Source of the DNA: a virus
DNA: 64,000 nt
Strand: one strand, 5' to 3'
Virus record (IMG/VR): IMGVR_UViG_3300045988_175036
Location: 32,001 to 96,000 of that record
Below, piece by piece: positions 58,335-64,000 of the stretch. A program made the translations under genes and the position numbers. Position 1 is the stretch's first letter; every line of letters starts with the position of its first letter. The notes under the pieces are model-generated. The model was given only the letters and a program-made list of their open reading frames with translations. It was not told the origin of the DNA and did not search any database.

Positions 58335-59282
58335 GAAATTCGTGTCCCGCTAAGCTCTATAATGATTGTGGCGAGGCTAAGGCGTTGGCAGATAAGGGGC
58401 AACCGCACGAATTAGAATATTGCGCAGGTCGTCTAACAGTAGGACGCCAGACTCATTATCTGGAGACAACGTGCAACTCGTTCGTGCGCAACCATTCGCT
58501 TTGGCGAAACTCTCGTAGAGGATGGATTTTACGGTTCAACTACCACCGGCTTCCGAGCCCGACCGCTATGGCTGACAACGAAGATATGTGGCTTTGTCAT
58601 TTGCCGAGAGTATAATAAATAAAAACGAAAGCAAACCGTTTATTTGTTCCTTGAAAATAAAATATCTTAGAACTCGATGACAAACATTCTGTGACTAGGA
58701 ATGTCGAGGCGTTTTGAAAAGGGCGGCAGACAACGAACAAGGATACTTGTGGATACTGACCGGTGCGCGTGACGTGAGTTGCGTGCCAGAGAGGATGGAC
58801 TCCCAACCCTAAGAGGCGGCATCGAGATTAACGCGAGTAAAGGTAGGACGCGCGTCGCTGGCGTAATAGAGGCTTTCAAGATAATTGAGAGCTGAATCCT
58901 AATCTCCCTTAGTTGGTGACTGTGGGTAAATCATTTGATTAGGAAATAACCACAAGCCAGTTTGTTGTGAAGCGAAGAAATTCGTGTATAAGACGTGTAT
59001 GTGGCCTCTGAGTAGCCAAAGACAAGCACAATAATGATTATTGATAATAAAAATCAAGAACTTGCTGAATGGCTGGTGAAAGGTTCTGGTAATCAATCCA
59101 GAAGAGACTACGCGCACGAAGGTGCGGCTATGGGAAGTATGCGCGGGACGCTGCGTATGCTCAGCCCCATGGTGCTCTTGACTGAATATACTTGAAGTTA
59201 GTTTTCGGTAGGTTGAAGAACCCATAGATATTTTATTTTCAGGGAACAAATCCCTTTTGACGGAAAGGAACGTCAAAATTTT
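58335..59282 (+). ncRNA. large structured RNA candidate E (~950 nt, possibly two RNAs)
   Basis: Only short overlapping ORFs without an RBS, and about 50 percent GC by eye. Helices: AATTCGTG (58337-44)/CACGAATT (58406-13), TTCGC-TTTG-GCGAA, CGCAC-GAAG-GTGCG. Ends with hairpins AGGGA/TCCCT and TTGACG/CGTCAA plus a T-run. Confidence 0.5.
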
Positions 59283-59305
59283 GAAATGATAGGAGAGGAA
59301 CTATT

Positions 59306-59596
59306 ATGGCAAGATTTTATAGCGATATTACAAACAAGCTCTACGATAGCATGGATGACCTTGAAGAGGCTGAAAAGAAGATTATCGCAAAACAAGAAGA
59401 GAAAAGAGTGGCAGAACAGAAGCGTGCAGACGAGCGCAAAGTTCGCGCACAGGAAATTGATGAACTGCAAAAGACTTATGTAGAGGCACGAAAGGCGTAT
59501 ACAGAAGCTCTTGAGAAATTCTGTAATGATTACGGAACTTTTCACACCTCCATTTCTTCTGATAATCTTTTCGATTTTCTTTGGAGTTGGATGTAA
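59306..59596 (+). CDS. hypothetical coiled-coil protein
   Basis: RBS AGGAGAGG, followed by a terminator. Confidence 0.6.
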   Translation: MARFYSDITNKLYDSMDDLEEAEKKIIAKQEEKRVAEQKRADERKVRAQEIDELQKTYVEARKAYTEALEKFCNDYGTFHTSISSDNLFDFLWSWM

Positions 59597-59603
59597 TAGG
59601 AAC

Positions 59604-59630
59604 GCGCCCTTGACTGGGCGCTTTCTTTTT
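59604..59630 (+). terminator. rho-independent terminator
   Basis: GCGCCC-TTGACT-GGGCGC stem-loop, then TTTCTTTTT. Confidence 0.75.
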
Positions 59631-59660
59631 ATCAAAATAGAAATATAAAGGAGAAAACGA

Positions 59661-59861
59661 ATGACGCTTTATTTCGACAATGGATATGAGCCGAGGCGGC
59701 CTATTGGTCATCCTAGCACTAAGGAAAGTGCGTATCAACTGGTTTACAAGTTTTTAGAGGAGCACAACTATAAGGCCCCCTATACAAGAGAATGGACAAA
59801 TGACATCAATGAGACTTGGATTGATGTTGGAAGCCACACAGAATTCTTTATTTGGTGCTAA
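59661..59861 (+). CDS. hypothetical protein
   Basis: RBS AAAGGAG. Confidence 0.55.
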   Translation: MTLYFDNGYEPRRPIGHPSTKESAYQLVYKFLEEHNYKAPYTREWTNDINETWIDVGSHTEFFIWC

Positions 59862-59933
59862 TTTATCAAGATTATTTGGCGCGCGACTACTTAGGGATAG
59901 AAAGAAAAATATATCCCAGAAAAGGAGAATAGA

Positions 59934-60572
59934 ATGAAGAAAAATGAAGATATCGGACTACTACCGCTAGTCCAAATTCCAGAAAGCGCGAATTATTCAC
60001 TTCCCGACGATAATCTCCTGTCGTTCTACAATGATTTGGAAGAACGATTACTTTGGGTAACAGATGGAATTGATAGCTGTTCCTTGAATATTATTCATTA
60101 TATTTTGAAGTGGAATCGTGAAGATAAGGGGATTGAGCTTTCCGCGCGAAAGCCTATTCGTCTTCTCATTTTTAGCCCCGGTGGAGAGCTTGATGTTTTT
60201 ACTGCCATCGGCAATATTATTCGCCTTTCAAAAACTCCTGTTATTGGTATCAATATTTCGTGCGCTTATAGTGCCGCGGCGATGATACTTTTAATGTGTC
60301 ATAAGAGATATGCTTTGAGCAGTGATGTTTCTGTTCTTTTCCATCAAGGAAGTTGTTCCGGCATTCAGGGAACTTATGATCAGATTGCTAATTTTATGAA
60401 AGAATATGATGAGCAAGTTTCTCGTCTTTCTCAGGTTATTCTCGATAGAACTTCATTTACAAAAGAAGAAGTAGATGAAAAGATGAAGAGCGATTGGTAT
60501 GTATCCGCGCGCGAAGGCGTTGAACGCGGCGTATATGATGGTATTATTTCTTCTATCGATGAATTGATTTGA
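59934..60572 (+). CDS. clpP: ClpP-family serine protease
   Basis: LLIFSPGGELDVFTAIGNII, SCAYSAAAMILL and VLFHQGS match the ClpP Ser/His blocks. Confidence 0.8.
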   Translation: MKKNEDIGLLPLVQIPESANYSLPDDNLLSFYNDLEERLLWVTDGIDSCSLNIIHYILKWNREDKGIELSARKPIRLLIFSPGGELDVFTAIGNIIRLSKTPVIGINISCAYSAAAMILLMCHKRYALSSDVSVLFHQGSCSGIQGTYDQIANFMKEYDEQVSRLSQVILDRTSFTKEEVDEKMKSDWYVSAREGVERGVYDGIISSIDELI

Positions 60573-60582
60573 GGAGGACTTT

Positions 60583-61401
60583 ATGGATTATACTGGCATT
60601 AGGGATTTGAAGCTAAATTCAGAGGAATTAGCTCAATTTTATCAAGGTGACTATCCAATTCGAGACTTATTAGAGAATCAATATGTTTTTATCAGAGACG
60701 AAACTGATAAGATAGCTGATAAGTTCTTTTGGCGCGCGGGGCACTTAGAAAGAGTTCCGTTTCTTACAATCAAAAATGATTTCTGTGGCACTATTAAGCC
60801 GCGCAATCCATATCAAGAATGCGCGATACATATGTTGAATGATAGAAAAGCGCCAGTAAAAGTTTTTACGTCTGTTTATGGTGGAGGCAAAGACTTCTTG
60901 ATGTCCGCGCAGGCTCTCTCTCTAATCGAAAAAGGAGTTTTTGAAAAGCTCGTTTATATTCGTCCAAATGTTTCATTAGGAGATATCCCAGATATTGGAT
61001 ATTTGAAGGGCGATGAGTTTGCGAAATTGAGCTGGACACTGGCTCCACTTTGGGATAAGTTTGGTGGTCGAGAAACGGTTGAAGAAATGTGCCAAAATAA
61101 CCAGATTGAACTTGTTCCATTACCGCATATTCGTGGTCGCTCATTCAATAATGCACTTGTTTATGTAAGTGAGGCGCAAAACATTACAAGAGAAATCGCA
61201 CGCCTTATCATTTCTCGTATTGGTGAGAACAGCGAAATTTGGTATAATGGAGATTATCGCCAGGTTGATAGACGAATGTATGATGCAGATAACGGTTTGC
61301 GCGCGACTATTGACAGTTTGGCAGGTAATTCTCTTTTTGAAATGGTTTATTCTCCTGTTACAGAGCGCTCCATGGTTGCACGATTGGCGGAAATAATTTG
61401 A
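60583..61401 (+). CDS. phoH: PhoH-like protein with degenerate Walker A
   Basis: KPRNPYQECAIHML, GYLKGDEFAKL, HIRGRSFNNALVYVSEAQN and NGDYRQVD. The P-loop reads YGGGKD instead of GTGKT. Confidence 0.8.
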   Translation: MDYTGIRDLKLNSEELAQFYQGDYPIRDLLENQYVFIRDETDKIADKFFWRAGHLERVPFLTIKNDFCGTIKPRNPYQECAIHMLNDRKAPVKVFTSVYGGGKDFLMSAQALSLIEKGVFEKLVYIRPNVSLGDIPDIGYLKGDEFAKLSWTLAPLWDKFGGRETVEEMCQNNQIELVPLPHIRGRSFNNALVYVSEAQNITREIARLIISRIGENSEIWYNGDYRQVDRRMYDADNGLRATIDSLAGNSLFEMVYSPVTERSMVARLAEII

Positions 61402-61445
61402 AAATCAGCACCGGCTTCCTGCGGCGCTGTCTATATATATCGTAG

Positions 61446-61475
61446 GGAGAGGGCGTGAGTCCTCTCCTTATTTTA
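61446..61475 (+). terminator. rho-independent terminator
   Basis: GGAGAGG / CCTCTCC stem, then TTATTTTA. Confidence 0.65.
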
Positions 61476-61488
61476 TGGAGTGAGATAA

Positions 61489-63171
61489 ATGGCATATCAA
61501 TCTGTCTATTGGAAAAAATATGATAGGTCAAAGATGTTTTCTCAAATGGATGTCTTTTATAATTATCTTGGAGAAGACCCCGCGCGGCCTTCACTGGCAG
61601 TTTTGAAAGGAATGGCAGAAGACAGTTTCAATCGCCACTTGAATCAGATAAGAGAAATCTCAAAAAATGTTGAACCTTACAGGCGTATTGCTGAGACAGA
61701 AAAGGAAAAGGAATTAGCTCTTTTGCGCGAGGTATTTGGGCAAGACCTTCATATAAATCTTCAAGACCAAAATGATGTAAAGTCGTTGATTGAGGCATTG
61801 AACAGTGTTTTGAATATAAAAGATGTATATAATAGGAATGTTCGAACTTTGGAGCTTTCTAAGGGTGGTATGAAAAGCGTTGTATCTTTCTTCCCAACCT
61901 ATTTTCTCCAAGTTTGGAATGAACAGTGGGAAGACATCTATTTAGCGACTTGTGACATGTTCGCGCGAGGAAAAATTACATTGGAAGATGCCTTGAAAAA
62001 AGAGGTCAATAAAAGAATTGATAATATGACAATTGAAGCAATAGAGAGAATGTTGTCCGCGCGAGCTGAGATGAAGGATATGCGCGAAGACGATAAATAT
62101 AATAAAGCTTACCAAGAATTACTTGACGCAATTAGGGCTCTTCCAAGGTATAGAAATGAAATCATCGAAAGAATTCGTTCAATTTATCAGCTAGACAAGC
62201 TAAGCGACAGTATTACAGAGCAAATCAAAGGGGAAGGGCATATAACAAAGAAACAAATAGAAAAGAAACTAAAAAATTCTGCTAAAAAACCAGTTGAAAT
62301 TCAATCAGCTTCGCGCGGAGGATTGACTTTAGAGGCTATTGAGAAAATGGTTTTCAATATGATTGGAGACAAAATAGAAGCCAATGGTGGAATGGCTAGA
62401 ACCATTCATACTGGTAAGATTGGTAATATGAAAGCAGATAATATTATGACAATCGGTCTTGCTCCTTCCATCATTGATGAATGGATTGATGACATTATGG
62501 AGATTTCTGGTTCATCGCGTGCAGATAATATAGAAAGAATTCGACGTCTTGGAGAATTGACACAAAATGCAGATAAAGGTTTTATAATCTATTCTAGTGA
62601 TAAAAATTATACTTTGAATCAAAGGTTTCGTGAGCAATTTGGTTTTTCTGCCGGATCGGCACTGTCCGCTCAATCATTCTATGATGTCACGCGCAATGTA
62701 AATAAGAACGCGCGCACTTTTACTGGTTTATTGGTCAATACAATTGGCGGAGCTATAATGGATACCGAAGGAACACGTGACCGCTTAGCAGAGATTATTG
62801 CAGAGGACATTGCTGTAATGCTTTTTGATGATTATCAGACAATTGGTGATTTTAGAGGGAAAGTAGGAGCTAGTGCTATTCATATAATGAATTTAGGTAA
62901 TATAATGATACCACTTTCCGTCTTTTTGACGATGTTTGCTAATGCAGTCGAGCAAGCGGAGAGTGAACCTTCTGATTTTGTGAAGGTCGCAATTATGACA
63001 CCTGAAATTGAATTCAAAACATATTCAGAGCAACTGGAATGGCAGGCTAGGAATGAGGCGACTTCTAGTGAAGCTTGGAGCTTCCAGCGGGAGCAAACTT
63101 TACAAAAGATTCGTATTTCGGTTCGTTTCTTCCGAGAATTCCGTTCTTTCATCACCACGCTCGGTCAATAA
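61489..63171 (+). CDS. hypothetical protein (560 aa)
   Basis: Long ORF with RBS GGAGTGAG. No motif recognised. Confidence 0.6.
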   Translation: MAYQSVYWKKYDRSKMFSQMDVFYNYLGEDPARPSLAVLKGMAEDSFNRHLNQIREISKNVEPYRRIAETEKEKELALLREVFGQDLHINLQDQNDVKSLIEALNSVLNIKDVYNRNVRTLELSKGGMKSVVSFFPTYFLQVWNEQWEDIYLATCDMFARGKITLEDALKKEVNKRIDNMTIEAIERMLSARAEMKDMREDDKYNKAYQELLDAIRALPRYRNEIIERIRSIYQLDKLSDSITEQIKGEGHITKKQIEKKLKNSAKKPVEIQSASRGGLTLEAIEKMVFNMIGDKIEANGGMARTIHTGKIGNMKADNIMTIGLAPSIIDEWIDDIMEISGSSRADNIERIRRLGELTQNADKGFIIYSSDKNYTLNQRFREQFGFSAGSALSAQSFYDVTRNVNKNARTFTGLLVNTIGGAIMDTEGTRDRLAEIIAEDIAVMLFDDYQTIGDFRGKVGASAIHIMNLGNIMIPLSVFLTMFANAVEQAESEPSDFVKVAIMTPEIEFKTYSEQLEWQARNEATSSEAWSFQREQTLQKIRISVRFFREFRSFITTLGQ

Positions 63172-63172
63172 T

Positions 63173-63201
63173 TTGAAAATCAAAAAAAATTATGATATAC
63201 T
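63173..63201 (+). promoter_or_regulatory. promoter (TTGAAA-N17-TGaTATACT, followed by ATTTATAGAAA box)
   Basis: -35 at 63173-63178, -10 at 63196-63201. Confidence 0.6.
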
Positions 63202-63233
63202 ATTTATAGAAAGTAGAAAGGAAAGAGAATATC

Positions 63234-63887
63234 ATGAAGCCTTCTTTTGAATTGGTTGCCTCTATTATTGATGAGCTTATTGAAGATACTGATTATGGTA
63301 ACATTTATGATTATGTTTTCGACGGTGCTAGTGATATTAGTTGTTGGCTTTACGAGGTAGAGAACTATACTCATTTTGAGATGGCACACGGTTATACAAA
63401 AATTGTCATTGAAAGCGATAGATTAGGTGATTGGGTTTTGAAAATTCCCATCATCAGGAAAAGAAAAGATTTTTGCGCAATCGAGGTTGCTAATTATAAA
63501 GCCGCCTGTGAGGCTGGACTTGAGAGATTTTTTGCTCCTACTTTTTTCTTTGCTGAAATTTCAAATATTCCAGTTTATATTCAGAAAAAAGTTTATTGCT
63601 GCGAAGGCGATGTTAGTGATAACTTCTATGATTGGACTGCACGACAGATGGAAGAAAGTCGCTACGAGTATGATACCGATGATGAATTTGATGATGCCGT
63701 TTATGAAGAGGCTTCTAATCTAACCACCCAGAGTTCTTTGCGCGCGATGTTTGAAGAAACAAATGACCTTGAAGACATTGATAAGCTTTATTGTTTTTGT
63801 AATAAATTTCATATCAACGACCTTCATTCTGGAAATTACGGTTTTGATAACGGCCGCGCGGTTATTATAGATTTCTCTGGTTTCTAA
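63234..63887 (+). CDS. putative protein-kinase-like fold protein
   Basis: WVLKIPI (VAIK-like Lys), INDLHSGNYGF (catalytic-loop-like D..N) and VIIDFSGF (DFG-like). Confidence 0.4.
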   Translation: MKPSFELVASIIDELIEDTDYGNIYDYVFDGASDISCWLYEVENYTHFEMAHGYTKIVIESDRLGDWVLKIPIIRKRKDFCAIEVANYKAACEAGLERFFAPTFFFAEISNIPVYIQKKVYCCEGDVSDNFYDWTARQMEESRYEYDTDDEFDDAVYEEASNLTTQSSLRAMFEETNDLEDIDKLYCFCNKFHINDLHSGNYGFDNGRAVIIDFSGF

Positions 63888-63957
63888 TTTTTAGAGAACA
63901 CTAAAGAAAAACCCACTTTAGAATAAGGTCTATTGATTTCGTCGAAAAGGAGGAAAA

Positions 63958-64000
63958 ATGAAAGTAAGAAAAGTGATTATTGCTTTGATACTTTCTTTTC
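63958..64000 (+). CDS. start of a membrane/secreted protein (truncated by window end)
   Basis: ATG follows AAGGAGG. MKVRKVIIALILSF is hydrophobic. Confidence 0.4.
   Translation, partial: MKVRKVIIALILSF

Noticed and set aside
58588-58616. Possible extra promoter (GAGTATAATAAAT) inside RNA segment E
   Set aside because: The -10 is perfect, but no acceptable -35 lies at 16-18 bp and there is no TG extension. It is left as a possibility only, which is why segment E may be two RNAs.
57074-59738. Overlapping 60-125 aa ORFs on both strands across the RNA island (57074-57328, 57268-57597, 58193-58408, 58247-58615, 58597-58879, 58899-59276, 59273-59738)
   Set aside because: They overlap tRNA genes and each other and have no Shine-Dalgarno sequences. 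Their composition is Arg/Cys/Pro-rich and odd, caused by GC-rich structured RNA. The region is better explained as non-coding.
1-64000. (CG)n enrichment explained as the Lactococcus-type Chi site GCGCGTG
   Set aside because: Only about a dozen of the sites extend to GCGCGTG/CACGCGC, and they show no clear orientation bias by eye. The conserved element is the alternating CG run itself. A Chi-like role for a shorter core remains only a hypothesis.
1-64000. Alternative genetic code or stop-codon reassignment, as in some large gut phages
   Set aside because: Long uninterrupted ORFs with recognisable motifs are obtained on both strands under the standard code. No suppressor-type anticodon (CUA/UCA/UUA) was found among the tRNAs.

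Overview
AT-rich 64 kb slice of a large tailed dsDNA phage. It has Firmicutes-style signals: TTGAAA-N17-TGnTATAAT promoters, GGAGG ribosome-binding sites and hairpin plus T-run terminators. Everything below is read by eye, so RNA ends, start codons and motif tallies are approximate.

Layout:
- 1-17.3 kb (+): tail module. Tape measure (5' end outside the window), Dit-like, a 1978 aa Tal/fibre, a 1012 aa receptor-binding-like protein, then small genes.
- 17.3-42.9 kb (-): replication and nucleotide-metabolism module. RuvC-like resolvase, dUTPase, divergent ThyX-like protein, two N6-adenine-type methyltransferases, dCMP deaminase, class II RNR, DnaE-type Pol III alpha, RecJ, primase, DnaB, Sak4-like ATPase, SSB-like protein and type IIA topoisomerase subunits A and B.
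- 42.9-54.7 kb (+): early/middle module. RHH regulator, initiator-like gene with internal iterons, RNase H, GT2 glycosyltransferase, dNMP-kinase-like protein, SF1 helicase, DNA ligase and several nucleases.
- 54.7-59.3 kb: island that is almost entirely RNA.
- 59.3-64 kb (+): ClpP-like, PhoH-like and kinase-like genes.

Most notable observations:
1. The RNA island holds 3 canonical tRNAs (Asn, Lys, Leu), a near-canonical Ile-like tRNA, three aberrant cloverleaves, and several large ORF-free, GC-enriched, helix-rich segments. These segments follow phage promoters and are candidates for giant ornate RNAs (GOLLD/ROOL class or new).
2. A tRNA-Gly(UCC) gene is split right after its anticodon by a 464 nt insert. 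The insert is almost fully occupied by an I-Ssp6803I-like PD-(D/E)XK endonuclease ORF and does not look like a canonical group I intron.
3. A 252 nt group I-like intron splits the Walker A codons of the Sak4-like ATPase gene.
4. Alternating (CG)3-4 micro-palindromes are strikingly over-represented across the window, embedded in frame in genes on both strands. They are absent from the RNA island and from a methylase/nuclease cassette.
5. One gene set could encode thymidine/pyrimidine hypermodification (dUTPase, dCMP deaminase, ThyX-like protein without canonical motifs, dNMP kinase, GT2).

No CRISPR array, rRNA, integrase or evidence of alternative genetic code was seen.
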